Shown here: positions 36,962 through 58,194 of the stretch, piece after piece
Numbering within the stretch: the first letter of the stretch is position 1
Layout: each line of letters starts with the position of its first letter
Origin: Octopus vulgaris
Taxonomy: Eukaryota
Direction: 5' to 3'
DNA: 64,000 bases
Assembly: GCA_951406725.2 (NCBI GenBank)
Contig: OX597815.1
Location: 26,288,001 to 26,352,000, forward strand
Notes under the pieces: model-generated
What the model was told of the DNA's origin: nothing
What the model saw: only the letters and a program-made list of their open reading frames with translations
Databases searched by the model: none
Program-made: the position numbers and the translations under genes

Positions 36962-37802
36962 CACCACTACCGCTACTAGCGCTGCTGCTGCTACTGCTGC
37001 TGCTGCTGCTGTTATTGCCACAACGGCTGCTGTTGTCCCTGTAAACCGCAGGAACCGGCGTTCCCACAATCGCTTCCATCACCAAACATAATAACAACAT
37101 CCTACCACCACCGCAGTTTCATCACTGCCACAACCCTCGCTAGTACCACTCTCGTCGCCAATGACTTCGTCGTCGCCAGAGAATACAAGCAGTGTGTGCG
37201 TTACACTTACCACTCCAACACTTACCATCACAGCGGAAGAAGGAAAGTATTTTTCGCGCAGGTGAGGGTGAAAACACCTCGATTGACTCTTGGGATACCG
37301 TTCAAAAGGTATATATGGCAATGTATATACATATTTGCATATATCTATATACATGCGTAACACCGTTTCTATATGTCTATATATTAACTTAACAACATAT
37401 GCATATGTTAAATATATATACATAATGTATATATATGATTGTTTAAAGAATTTACTCCATGAATATCGCATCACTCTACACACGTACACATGTGTTTGTA
37501 TATATATAATTTTTTTTATTTATGTATCTAAATATCACTCCTTTTTTACATGTCTATAACGATACTTACTATTCAATAGATATACAATGTTTAACCACCA
37601 CACCGCTTCGGCTTACCATGTCCCACTGCGAGTTCTTCTATATACATACATACATACATACATACATACATACATACATACATACATACATACATACATA
37701 CATACATACATACATAATACATACATACGTATATAAACATATAAACATATGCATACACTCATACAAAGCATACCCACATGCATCATATATATGAATGCAT
37801 GA

Positions 37803-37866
<64 letters not shown>

Positions 37867-37918
37867 TTTATATATATATACATATTTTCATTCTTTCTCT
37901 TAAAGACATAATATATAC

Positions 37919-37963
<45 letters not shown>

Positions 37964-38437
37964 TATATATGTGTGTGTGAATATATATATGTATATATTC
38001 TTGTTGGGCATTGTTATTGCTTTTAATATATTACCAGCAACATCTACACATACTTTGGTTTCTGACATAAATAAACACGAGGCCACAAGTTTTAGGCGAG
38101 AGCTATAGATGATTATAACTATATGTGTACTGAGACTGCCGTAACCCGGTATATATTTCCCTAAAACTTGTACTCATGTGTTTAACTATGTGTATATATA
38201 TGTATATCAGCGTCGCTTATTATGTGTATATATATATATATATATATATACTTCCGTATCTCACTTTAACATACTTCTAATACTTATAGTCATGAATCTC
38301 GTTACAGTTTGGTTATAAAACCAAATTATTTGTGTGTTTTATTTTATGATGCCACATACCGACTGACAGAGATCGATTCTTACATACATATATAGATATA
38401 TATACTCACACATATATATATACATATATATATATAC

Positions 38438-38505
<68 letters not shown>

Positions 38506-38538
38506 TCTCCTCTTTCTGTGTTTTTCTCTCTCTGTGTA

Positions 38539-38576
38539 TCTTTCTGTTGAAGAGCGTAGGCTCGAAACGTTAAAGA
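38539..38576 (+). ncRNA. Minimal type I hammerhead-like motif, core CTGTTGA
   Basis: TCTTT-CTGTTGA-A-GAGC-GTAG-GCTC-GAAA-CGT-T-AAAGA. Related to 13158. Insert 38503-38673 lies in (TA)n. Confidence 0.6.
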
Positions 38577-39042
38577 CTTGTTTTATTTATATTTCCTGAG
38601 CGCCATACTAATACAATTGTTCGTTTGGTTTCCACCTGCCTTCGTCTTTTGTTTATTTTCATAAAGCTTCCCGTTATATATACACATATATATTTATAGA
38701 TTTATATATATATATACATATATATATGTGTACATATATATGTATATATATATGTACATATATATACATATATTTATGTACACATATATATGTATACATA
38801 TATATATACATATATATATACTCGTATATATACATACATATATACACATATATATACACACATATATATATACATCTATATATACATATATATACATATA
38901 TATATCTATACATATATACATATACATATATATATGCATATATATATACCTATACATACATATATATATACACACATATATATATATATACATGTATATA
39001 CATAAGTATATACATATACATATATATATATATATATATAGC

Positions 39043-39075
<33 letters not shown>

Positions 39076-39241
39076 TATGTATACATATGAATACATGCAT
39101 GCATTGCAATTACTGTGCATCAGATCAAAATATTTGCACTTATATTTCGATTATTATCTATATTTTTCCATACGCGGTACATGTGTGTATGTGTATGTAT
39201 ATATATATATATGTATATGTGTGTGTGTGTGTGTGTGTATA

Positions 39242-39340
<99 letters not shown>

Positions 39341-40895
39341 GTGTGTGTGTGTGTATGTGTGTTTTATATATATATATATATGTGTGTGTATATATATATA
39401 TATATATGCATACATATACACAGACATGTATATGTATGCACATTCAATCGTAGATGTAACCTCCACAAATATACATACATACATGCATACATACATACTT
39501 ACATACATACATACATAAATACATACATACATACTTGCATGCATGCATACATACATACATACATACATACAGACAGACATACAGACAGACAGACAGACAG
39601 ACAAAGACAGAAAGAATGAATGTATATTTATATTTGTTACTATAACTTAACGGTTGAACTACAGCTGTTTTTAGTGTTACAAACACGCATAAGGAATGAA
39701 GCCTTTCCTTTTGATTTGACTTTCATACCTACAAATATACATGCATACCTTTATACCTTGTTGTGTATATAGATACACTCAGATGATAAAAATATGCATT
39801 ACCAAAGAAAAAATTCTGATGATAAATAAAAAACAATAAAGACAAGACTAATGTCACTCAGTGGCCATTTTCCCCACATTTCAAAAAATATATTACCGCA
39901 ATCACACAAATACATATATAAAGACATGCCTATGTTATACATAGGATACCGTTATATCTCTTCATGTGTCGTCAATTACATCATAAATACCATTAAAAGA
40001 TACATAAACGCCATTGATTCCTCTACAAATTTTGAAACTTGGTTTTTATTTTCTGTTTGCCACCGGAGTTTAGGAAAAGCATCTCCTCTGTGCAGTAGTG
40101 ATGTTCAGGTTCTAAACTGTAGATCGGGTTTTGCAGATGGAAAAACTGAATATTAATGTCAATAGTGATAGGGATTTTTAAGCTTTAGAATTTAGAATTT
40201 TGGTTACAAATTCATTGAAAACTTGAGTCGAGAATCAAAACCTCTCTCTGATCTCGGATCACAATCACAAACCTTCCTCCTTCTCTACAGCTCTGGTTAT
40301 ATAATTCAATATAGTGAATTGTAGCTTTGTGCCTATGTGTGATAACAATATGCATATCGTATACCCCTATTTTTATGGGTCTGTCTACCTGTATATGTGC
40401 ATGTATATAAGCATGAATATGTACGTACGTACGTATGTATGTTTGTTTGTATGTATGTATGTATGTATGTATGTATGTATGTATGTATGTATGTATGTAT
40501 CTCCCCCTCTCACAACTCAGTAATTCCCTCATATGTGCATGCCAATAATTTACATCTTAGATGGGGCTTAAAATGTTTCAGATCTCTCTCGAATATCAAA
40601 TAGTTTATGATGCTGTGGCTTTCCTCACGTTCTTTGAGCTTATTTGTTTTATGGTTTGTTATTGCGGTACTGTAGGTTAACATTTATGTAATAGAGGCGC
40701 AATGGGATCGGCAGAATAGATAGAGCCATAGTTAATAATATTTATGTTCGCAGCTCAATTCTTACTGATATCAACTTCACCTTTTCTTTACCGGTACCAA
40801 TAAAATACAGTATTAGTCATGCATTGTGATCAATCTAATTGATACAAATTTGTTACCGAGTACCAATGTTACTCAGTGATTCATCACACATACAT

Positions 40896-40973
<78 letters not shown>

Positions 40974-42387
40974 GTATGTATGTATGTATGTATGTATGTA
41001 TGTATGTATGTATAAAGCTATATATATATATTCATTTACTCATATATATTTATACACATTTAGAATACTTTTATACACATATATGTAGGTATCAATAAAT
41101 TTCTGGTGGATATACCATCACTGAGCCAGATGAACCGGCTACTGATAACAGAATATTTGAGAGTAATCTATTACAGATATCTTTAAAACATTTCAACCGC
41201 GTACAGTTGCCAGGTTTAAACCATTAGGTATTTTTATTGAATCGTCCTAAAACAATGACAGCAGACGAGAACTTAAAAGGTTCCAATAACTCTTACACTT
41301 ACTTGTTTTGTTATATGCTGCATGTTTAACATTGAAGAATTTAGCAAATTTAATAATTCTAGGCAAATGTGTATGTGTGTGTGTATGAGTGTATGCATGT
41401 GTACGTATGCATCTATGCATGTATGTGTATGTATGTATATGTGTATTATGTGTATGTATATGAATATGCATGTATTTATGTGTATGTATATATAAAGAGA
41501 GACAGAGAACGTTCAGTTATACGTAGATACACTAGTATATAATGAAAAGTTTACCACATTAGTGTAATGTAATTTTACAAAATACTGAACCAGCTAACTA
41601 TGGAGCCTCTTTGTGACGGCGTGAGTTACCCCTAATCTGAACAAGCTACAGTTTAACGCTTCACAATCCACTGGCCACACGTAATAATAAAAAGGTGTAT
41701 ATACGTTTTCAATTTTTGTTAGGGGTTTTCGGTGTAATTTTTTAACAGTGGGCCTTACTAGGTCTTAATCCAACGCTGCTTCGTGGCCTGCTCGCAACAG
41801 TAGCCAAATATTTCTCAAATTAGTTCCCTTCGTTTTAAATATGGGCAGTACCTATCATCCTAAAGAGACTGGATTATCAGGGCTGAAAAGCAAATGGTCA
41901 TAGGTTTTCTGTCACAACAACAGTAAAATATAGAATTTATGCAATTACTAATATATTTCTGATGATGAATAATTGTGTAGTGTCTATATTTTATGTGAAA
42001 GGTTTGCAACAATCGTTTGTTAACGCATTATTTATATATAATTCTTATATCTAAGATTTTAGGGTTTTTTTTCTTTATGTTAACACGTCGTTGATAAAAG
42101 CATTTCATACATAGATAAGCAATTTACCTATGTTCACCATACATTCATGCATGCACACCTACTTGCATACATATATGCATAGATAGACATGCGAGCATAG
42201 AAATATATGTAAACAAGTATATACGTGCATTGATACAAATATGCATAATTACATGCATATATACACACAGGCATGCTGACATATATATATTCATGCATGC
42301 AAGATGCATACGTATGTACATATACACACGTACACTCCTACATACAAGCACACATAGATACACACATACCTGTACATACATACCTAC

Positions 42388-42485
<98 letters not shown>

Positions 42486-42666
42486 GTGTGTGTGTGTGTG
42501 TGTGCAAGCATACACGTACACATAGTGATTTTTTGAAATACTGAAGTTGATTGAGGAGAGATGTAAAACTGTACTCTCTTCTGGTCATATCTACAGAAGA
42601 AGTGGAACTCGTCGCTGGAAAATTATCAAAGATACATTGGTTTTACAGTGCTAACCCTGCTTTGAG

Positions 42667-42904
42667 CAGTGGTTCCCAACCAGTATCCGTATGACCCGCG
42701 GACTTCCATATCAGATTTTGTTGCTAAACTTTATGTATCATAAATGTTTTAAGCTTCTACAATACACAAAACATTCATTTTAAAAAAAAATTCAATTCCT
42801 AATAATATTTAATTATAGAATTACAGAAGGGTTGTTTTTATATACAGCGAATGGCTATGAAGGTCCAGGAGATATCCATAAGTAAAAATGGTTTAGAACC
42901 ACTG
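42667..42904. mobile_element. hAT (Charlie-like) MITE
   Basis: TIRs CAGTGGTTCCCAACC / GGTTTAGAACCACTG. 8-bp flanks GCTTTGAG / GCTTAGAA (6/8 match). Confidence 0.8.
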
Positions 42905-43430
42905 GCTTAGAACGTATCCATACTCACTTGATATGCTACCATTAGCAACCAAATATCCCTTAAAACAGCAAAACAATGCATATTATTTCCCTAGTAAAAA
43001 GAAGAAGAAAAGAAAAAAAGAAACGAAAATGATAGGATGATAACAAAGGAATGCATTTTCATCATGGTTCAGATACCTCAAGACTAATCCAAGATTAAGC
43101 AACAACAAACTCTACCTTTGTGGCTCAGTCTGCTGGAAGTTTTTAACCATGTCACAAATCTCACATTTACATCCTTTAGAAATCAAACAACACAATGCTG
43201 TATATACTCACAGCAAAGGGACGAAATGTTCACGCCTAGAATAACTTAAGACTGATATGCCTTTGCGATCATGAGTAGAATAGGGTTGAACAACATGCCA
43301 GCATTGAGTTGTACAAGTTGATTACTGATATACTTAGATCCAGGTGACTTAAACATGTCCAAATCAAGGAGACATACCAGCTCATAAACACGAGTAAGAG
43401 AATACAATCACAACTGATTGTACGCCATAG

Positions 43431-43489
<59 letters not shown>

Positions 43490-43490
43490 A

Positions 43491-43554
<64 letters not shown>

Positions 43555-43754
43555 ATATACATATATAAAATACAAAATGGGACAAGAACGCAAAACATCC
43601 AGATAGACGATACAAAAAAAAAAAAAACAAGGACGGGTCATTCGAAGTTTTCTATCCTCAGTCAACAACCGGATCATCCTCGCAATTTCAGCTGATTATC
43701 TTATATATATATATATATATATAAATTAATTAAAAAAATTTTAATTTGCGTAAA

Positions 43755-44023
43755 TGTATCAGTTGGATAAAGTTTTAAATAATTGGTAACGTTTTCACAT
43801 TTTTTACTATATTGTTTTAAAAAAATATAATGTATGTATGTATAATTTTTTTATCATGTTGAAGTGTGTTAAACATTAGAAAAATATTTGTGAACTTTAT
43901 GAACATTACAAAATATATTTTTTTAATGTTTAACACACTTCAAAATTGTAAAAAATTTATATCTTTTCAAAATACCATAAGAAAGAACGGGAAAACCAGA
44001 CCATGTTTAAACTTTATTCAACT

Positions 44024-44027
<4 letters not shown>
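43755..44027. repeat. Foldback copy of the 5829 family
   Basis: TCAGTTGGATAAAGTTT / AAACTTTATTCAACTGA ends. Inner GAAGTGTGTTAAACATTA / TAATGTTTAACACACTTC. Confidence 0.8.
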
Positions 44028-44110
<83 letters not shown>

Positions 44111-44356
44111 TTACACATATATAATATTTATGTAAATATGTGTAAATATATAATATTTACACATATATACAGTCATAGCTATATACTTTATTGCTATTTG
44201 CATATATCAATGTATATTTATATGCATGTATATATGCATGCATATGTGTGTGTATATGTGTATATATAAGAACATTATATGTATGTATGTATGTATATAT
44301 ATATATACATATGTATATATATATATATGTATATATATGCATATACATACACACAC

Positions 44357-44389
<33 letters not shown>

Positions 44390-44719
44390 GTATATGTATG
44401 ATGAATACCTATAACCATTAAAAAAGATTTATAAAATAAGATATACACCCTATCTTAATAAATCCGTATTGCGCGGGACTTTAAGGCTAGGTTCAAATCA
44501 CAGGCTAGACACCAGCGGAAACCGATGCTCCATAAAGAGGTAAGACTAATGTCAACTATTTCACGCATCAGTTAGTCGTAAATCCTTTGCCATGATTAAC
44601 GCTTTGGTTCAGCTCTAGAAATTGAATAATTATTCGTAACGGTAAACTAGTGTATGTGTGTGTGTGTGTGTCTGTATATATATATATATACATATATATA
44701 TATACATACATATATATAT

Positions 44720-44757
<38 letters not shown>

Positions 44758-44799
44758 GTGTATGTGTGCATATATATGTATCAATAAATATATATACTA

Positions 44800-44840
<41 letters not shown>

Positions 44841-45001
44841 AATACACAAATATGAATAAAGTATATAGCTATGACTGTATATATGTGTAAATATTATATA
44901 TTATATATTTACACATATATATGTATCTATATATATATCCATCCATACACACATGGACGCAAAAAAACTCGTACATACAAACACACACACACCCACACAC
45001 C

Positions 45002-45134
<133 letters not shown>

Positions 45135-45304
45135 ATGAAACGGGCCGACTCGTCTTCATTATTATAAATCAACATAGCGAAACAAAAATTGGACAATAAA
45201 TCCGTGAAGCTATTTCCCACAGTATTCTGATTGTGTGACGGTATTTTAGTCTCAGATACGCGATTGCTTGTGTGCGTGTGTGTGGGTCGTGGGGGTGGAG
45301 TGGG

Positions 45305-45350
<46 letters not shown>

Positions 45351-45626
45351 CTGAGTGTATTTATATGTATATTTATATATACAAATGTATATATATATAT
45401 AAGCATACAAACACACACACGTATACGTATGCACGTAGATATATGATCATATATATATATATATATATATACATATATAATATATATATGTATATATATA
45501 TGTATATATATATATATGTATATATATATGTGTGTATGTATGTATGTATATATTATACCTTTAGATATGTATATATATAACCATTTATATATACACATAT
45601 ATATGCATATTTATATAGATAGATAA

Positions 45627-45690
<64 letters not shown>

Positions 45691-45726
45691 CTACATACGT
45701 ATATACATACATATATAATATATGTA

Positions 45727-49403
<3,677 letters not shown>

Positions 49404-49563
49404 TTGTGACACTCTGTGTCACGCTGAATCTCTTCGAGAACTACGTTAAGGGTACACGTGTCTGTGGAGTGCTCAGCCACTTGCACGTAAATTTCACGAG
49501 CAGGCTATTCTGTTAATCAGATCAATTGGAACCCTTGAGTGCTACGACGACGTATCTACCTAC

Positions 49564-49675
<112 letters not shown>

Positions 49676-49983
49676 CTATTTGTCTATTTATCTAACTATC
49701 TATCTATATCCTGTATCGTTTACTTGAAGATTGTGTTAGTCGAACACATTTACGCCGATTTTATGAGCATTGTACTTATTCTGTCGAAATCTTCCGCCGA
49801 ACCGCTAATTTACTGGAATGTAAACAAACAAGTACTGGATGTTAAATAGTTATGGGAGATAAAGGCATACACAAAACAAGCACTACAGATATTTATACAT
49901 GCACACATGCACACATACACACACATATATATATAAAAGCATATATATATCCATATATATACATATATATGTATGTATATACA

Positions 49984-50025
<42 letters not shown>

Positions 50026-50043
50026 CATATATATCTATATATA

Positions 50044-50095
<52 letters not shown>

Positions 50096-50110
50096 TATGA
50101 TATATATATT

Positions 50111-50288
50111 TAATATGAGGGATTATTCCAAACTTACAGGGAAAAATTTAATTTAGAAATACTAAAACAAATTTCACAAAATATAATTAGAAAAAAACCA
50201 CCTTTTATAAGATGTAATTTTTCTAAATAGTATAATTTAATTTTTTCATCATTGAATTGATAAAAGGTGGGTTTTTTTCTAATTTATA
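50111..50288 (+). repeat. (TA)n-embedded repeat family; copies at 58231-58393 (+) and ~63920-63980 (-)
   Basis: Shared CCAAACTTACAGGGAAAA; the 58231 copy also shares GAATTGATAAAAGGTG. Confidence 0.8.
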
Positions 50289-50863
50289 TATATATATATG
50301 ACGGACTTCTTTAAGTCTCTGTTCATGAAATCTTCTAACAAGGTTCTCGTCTGCCCTGGCCTATAGTGGAAGGCACCTGTCCAAGGTTCGTCGCAGTTCG
50401 ACTAAACCCGGAGCCATGTGTTTTAGAAGCATAAGATAGATAAATAGATAGATAGCTAGAGAGACAGACAGACAGACAGACAGAGAGGGAGAGGGAGAGA
50501 GGCATAGATGAAATTTAGTTGCATTGATATAAGTCTATGAATACTTGTACGTGAATGTGTGCGTGCGCGTGTGTGTGTGATAGAGAGTATATATATATAT
50601 TATATATAACTTACTTGGAAAAGGATGCGTGGCGTTCGACCATATAATGATATAAATAATATATAAATATATGCATATATACATACATATATGTACATAG
50701 CTACATATATATGTATATATACATGCATATATGGGTACAGGACATTAAAAAAAAAACGTTGAACACAATGAGAAATGAAAACATAAAAATAAAAACATAG
50801 AAACGAACTTTTCTTCGAACAACGAAAAAAACAGAGCAACGAGACATACAACATAAAGAATTA

Positions 50864-50924
<61 letters not shown>

Positions 50925-51170
50925 CGTGCATGTATGTGTGTGTGAGTATGTGTGTGTATGTATGTAATATATATATGTATTTACATGTATATATGTGTTT
51001 GTATGTGTGGGTGTGTATTTATATATATGGGAAATTATGATTTTATATATTTCGTCTAATTATATAGATAAACATTCATATATTATATATGTAAACATTT
51101 ATACACGTATACATTCATACATACACACGTTTAATATAATTATATATATTAATTAAATATATATATATAC

Positions 51171-51197
51171 ATAGGTGTCAAATACTTACAATCCATC

Positions 51198-51254
<57 letters not shown>

Positions 51255-51292
51255 GAGAGAGGGAGGATGGATTGAAGGTATTTGACACCTAT
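51171..51292. repeat. Hairpin centred on (CT)n(TA)n(GA)n
   Basis: ATAGGTGTCAAATAC..CAATCCATCCTC / GAGGATGGATTG..GTATTTGACACCTAT. Confidence 0.88.
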
Positions 51293-51339
51293 TTTCGACA
51301 TTAGCGCTGGTCATATCCAGTGGCCCTTAACTATAATTA

Positions 51340-51451
<112 letters not shown>

Positions 51452-51520
51452 GTGTGTGTGTGTGTGTGTGTATGTGTGTATGTGTGTGTCTATCTGTATA
51501 CACACACACAAAAAACACAC

Positions 51521-51679
51521 ATGCGATGATGCTGTCTCGTGGACACACCTATTTTGATATGGGACCATTTCAATTCATATAATAATAAAACTATTTTACG
51601 CACCTTGATTGTTTATATATATTAATTACATGTAGTAATTACATTAATTACATGCATAACTGATATATAAGTATATTGG

Positions 51680-51682
<3 letters not shown>
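51521..51682 (+). repeat. Repeat shared with 56553-56708
   Basis: GGACACACCTATTTT.ATATGGGA..CATTTCAATTCATATAATAATAAAACTATTTTACG in both. Confidence 0.85.
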
Positions 51683-51732
<50 letters not shown>

Positions 51733-52267
51733 TACATATATACAAATATACATACATATTCACACACACACGCGCAATCACATGTATATATATATATATA
51801 TGTATATATATGTATATATATATATACACATGTTACATGTATGTCTTCATGTTTATGTCTATGTATGAGTATGTGTTTTTGCTTGTGTAAAGACTCCCAC
51901 TGTCTCTACTCTCTTTTCCACATATGCATTCATTTCTTTGTTGTGTAGGCAAGTTAAAATTATGCACAGGAAACGATGATTCTTCTTTATTTATTTTCTC
52001 ATGATGTTGAGACTATATCCCCTCTAGATCTCAGTAAGTACTTATTTTAATGATCTGAAAAGTGTGACCTTCAAAATTAACGATTTAAATCCAGAGCGTA
52101 GAGTGTCATAGACAAAAACCTAAAGGTGTTTTATCCGTCATTCTACTGAGCGTACGTATCTAATTCATCGCTCTCTGTCTCACCCAATAATTCAAGGTAT
52201 GCTTGATATAGCAGCTAAAACACCTTCAACTAATATACAGCTATATTAAGTATAAAAAACACACGTT

Positions 52268-52299
<32 letters not shown>

Positions 52300-52446
52300 A
52301 TGTGTGTGTGTGTGTGTATATTTATGAAGTGGATAGCAGGTTTACTCAGTAAGTGCACATTTGCAGTTAAAGATCAACCATACATCACCGCAAACACACA
52401 AATATTCATGAACACATATTTGTGTGTATACATATGCATATGAATG

Positions 52447-52499
<53 letters not shown>

Positions 52500-52576
52500 G
52501 TATGTATATACACATATATATGTATATATATATATACATATATAGATGTATATATATATACATGTTTATATATATC

Positions 52577-52646
<70 letters not shown>

Positions 52647-52695
52647 CATATACATATATGTACATATATGTATACAAATATGAATATATGCATGC

Positions 52696-52750
<55 letters not shown>

Positions 52751-52911
52751 TACATATATATATATACATACACACACACACACATATATAATGTTTGTGT
52801 TATATATATATATATATATATAACGTCTGTTGTATGTAAATATAATTTTTATAAATAGAACTCTTATCTCCATATATATGGCGTATTTATGTATATACAT
52901 ATAGATACATT

Positions 52912-52943
<32 letters not shown>

Positions 52944-53051
52944 ACTATGTATGTATGCATACATACATATCTATATATATGAATATATATACACATATAT
53001 ATATATATGAGCATATATATGTATATATATATATATATATATATACATATA

Positions 53052-54127
<1,076 letters not shown>

Positions 54128-54130
54128 TAT

Positions 54131-54208
<78 letters not shown>

Positions 54209-54250
54209 AATATATATATATATTATATATGTATATTATATATAAGTTTG

Positions 54251-54301
<51 letters not shown>

Positions 54302-54793
54302 TGTATATATTATATATATATGTGTAAGTATATATGTCTATATGTATATGTACATATATTAAATATATGATATTTATATATATTAAATATGTATACATAT
54401 ATATGCATAAATAAATAAATATATATTATATAGCATATATATATATATATAAAACCTATATAGCTTAGATACGTTTCGACCAAAGATTTGTCTAGGCCAG
54501 GTCTAATTTAATGGCAATACCTGATAGGAATAACTAAATCCTTTTCAAGTCAATTTTTGTGGTATCACGGTCCATTCGAGTAGGGTGTTCATGTTGAGTG
54601 AGTTGTATCCAGGTACAGCTGACTTATCTAGAATTCCTTGAAGAAATTTGACCTGTTTCCCATTAGAGATGATGGCATCCTTTCCCTCTTATCTATATAT
54701 ATATATATATACACACGTATGCCTGTATGCGTGTTTGTATGAATGAAGGACATCCCTTTGTGTAGTATCTCTGAGGAAGGATATGTGTGTATG

Positions 54794-54833
<40 letters not shown>

Positions 54834-55311
54834 CACATCGTAAACAAGAATGAATTATACATCTTAAAAACTTTTTGTATTATAGAATTATTCTCATTAA
54901 AATTCGCTTCACCCATCTGGTAGGGTGAAACCTTGAACAAAGCTGCGTAAGAATGTCAACCCTGGAGGAATATGTACTGCCGCTGAACTAACTAAATGCA
55001 CATAGATGCTACATAAAAGGACAGCAGGACACATATGCAACAGAAACACGTGTTGGATTGGAATTCAATGTGAATTTAATGAGAATAATACTGTAATGAA
55101 CATGTTTTGGTGATGTATAATTCTCCACACGTCGTTATGACGTCCAGATTATATACTCTGTACTGCATAAAATCCAACGGAGCAAATTCTATACGTTCCC
55201 TATCATTTGATACGGTTAGCAAGAACCTGGATTAGATCAGAGTGCAACTAAGTTACTTGGTCGGAATACACATCTTCATTCTTTTACGTTATACAAAATT
55301 ATGTATGTGCA

Positions 55312-55395
<84 letters not shown>

Positions 55396-55409
55396 CATAT
55401 ATATGTATA

Positions 55410-55512
<103 letters not shown>

Positions 55513-56039
55513 GTATGTATGCATGTATGTATGTATGTATGTATGTATGTATGTATGTATGTATGTATGTATGTATGTATGTTTATATGTTTATATGTTT
55601 GTATGAATATATGAAGGTGTATAGTCGTTTCTGTCCATGAAATTTACTAGAAATTGTACCTGTGCAGTATAACGCTACAAAAAGTAAATGGCTTTCTTGT
55701 ATACCAGAAATGTTCAGTTATAAGGTACTACATAGCTTCTTACGCCACAGTACACTGGGTACGATTCATCACAAGTCAACTCGCTACTTCTGAATGAATC
55801 TTGGGTGATAGAGTTTGCATAGAGTTTCTTCGGAGCCACCGTATTTTTCATTTTAAAAAGTCTAGCAGTTCTTGATTCTGTTTCATATCGAATCACGTTC
55901 ATGATTATGTTACATAAGGGATGAATCACTTAGTAATCACCAGTTGTCTATTTGCTGTCAAATTTTATTTAAAAACATGTAGGTGCATATACACATGTAT
56001 TTGTCCAGACATACATTGGTACATAAATGCATATATATA

Positions 56040-56117
<78 letters not shown>

Positions 56118-56163
56118 GGAAGAAATGGAGCTGAACGAAGATTTAACAAAATTCCTTTTTATT

Positions 56164-56249
56164 ATTTTCTACATATGTTTCAAAGGCTGCAAAGTCCCTA
56201 ATTCGGATTGAATAAGGAGTCCATTTTGCAGCCTTCTCTTCAGGAAAAT
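56164..56249 (-). ncRNA. Type I hammerhead ribozyme fold, intact core
   Basis: ATTTTC-CTGAAGA-GAAGGCTGCAAA...TTTGCAGCCTTT-GAA-ACATATGT-A-GAAAAT. Confidence 0.85.
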
Positions 56250-56335
56250 CCAGGAACTTAATTCTCCAAACAAAATGCACAGCAAGCTTTTCGACAAACG
56301 CTCACGAGGAGCCCATGGGATATATATATACATAC

Positions 56336-56426
<91 letters not shown>

Positions 56427-56721
56427 CAGACAGACGGTCTGATACATACATTTTTCTGTCTGTATGTACGCGCATGTGTGTGTATGCATCCTTACATGAA
56501 TATGTAAGCACGGACACACAAACGCACGCATACACACACACACACAACATATATGCGATGACGCGGACACACCTATTTTAATATGGGAAGCATTTCAATT
56601 CATATAATAATAAAACTATTTTACGTACCTTGATTGTTTATTTATATTAATAACATGTAGTAATTGCATTAATTACATGCATAACATATATATAAGTATA
56701 TCGGTACATATATATATATAT

Positions 56722-57105
56722 GTGGCTGTGTGGTAAGTAGCTTGCTAACCAACCACATGGTTCCGGGTTCAGTCCCACTGCGTGGCATCTTGGGCAAGTG
56801 TCTTCTGCTATAGTCCCGGGCCGACCAATGCCTTGTGAGTGGATTTGGTAGACGGAAACTGAAAGAAGCCTGTCGTATATATATATGTGTGTGTGTGTTT
56901 GTGTGTCTGTGTTTGTCCCCTACCATTGCTTGACAACAGATGCTGGTGTGTTTACGTCCCCGTCACTTAGCGGTTCGGCAAAGAGACCGATGAATAAGTA
57001 CTGGGCTTACAAAGAATAAGTCCCGGGGTCGATTTGCTCGACTAAAGGCGGTGCTCCAGCATGGCCGCAGTCAAATGACTGAAACAAGTAAAAGAGTAAA
57101 AGAGT
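56722..57105 (+). mobile_element. SINE family A
   Basis: Near-identical to 16997-17394. Confidence 0.92.
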
Positions 57106-57829
57106 ATATATATATATATACATATGTTCTTTTACAACAAACTAGTTTCTCAATTGACATATCTGTATAAGAGTACAGATTTCGTAATTTCTGAAGCACT
57201 ACGCTAAATTGATTATTACTATCGCCAATAAACTACCTTACCCTTTATGAATGAGGTTGATCCAGTACTTGGACTAATTCTTATATCGAGCAAACAAAAA
57301 TTAATCAAATTTCAAGAGGCAAATTCCATGGCAACAACACATGGGAAGATCTTTTTAATTTTTGTCGCATACTAAATAGATTTACCAATCAATTTCTTTA
57401 ATTTTATAGATTACATTTGTTATTTAACAAAAGAGTTTGATAATTATTTTACTCATTAATAAAATCGGTTGAACACACTATATGGCTAAAAATTCCCTTA
57501 AATAAAATTACGATTTTAAAAGGACTAACAACAGTTTTATATATCCAGTTTGTCCAGTTTGTATTTCACCCACTAAGCAAATATAGTGAGATTTTCAAAG
57601 TTACACAAAAACAAAAAAAATCTACTTTTATTAAAGTTTCTATATCTGTAAAATATATATCACTTCTGCATCCAGCATCTTTATTTAACAATAATATTTT
57701 TTATTAATTTCATGAACTGTATTAATTTTAGTTTGACGTTTGGCCTTAAAATCTTAAGTTCCATTCGAATTTGCAACTTCATTTACCGTTTAAAAGCCGT
57801 CTCACAACATTCAAACTCTTAACGACAAA

Positions 57830-57869
<40 letters not shown>

Positions 57870-58149
57870 GTATGCATGTATATGTATTTGTATATAATGT
57901 AAATATATATCTTATATATATATATTTATATAGATATATATAACTATATATACATATATATATCAATATATATGAATATATATATATACATATATATATA
58001 TATGTGTGTGTGTGTATATATATATTTATGCATATACAGATATACACACACATACACAGACACATATATATACATACATTTATATATATATGAATATGCA
58101 TTTATATTTATATTTATATATATATATATATATACTTAAACACACACAC

Positions 58150-58194
<45 letters not shown>

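Noticed and set aside
36801-37100. Poly-Ser/Gly/Ala/Thr ORFs
   Set aside because: Same trinucleotide-repeat artefact.
55714-55929. 71-aa non-repetitive minus-strand ORF
   Set aside because: No recognisable motif or splice signals, and the length is compatible with chance.
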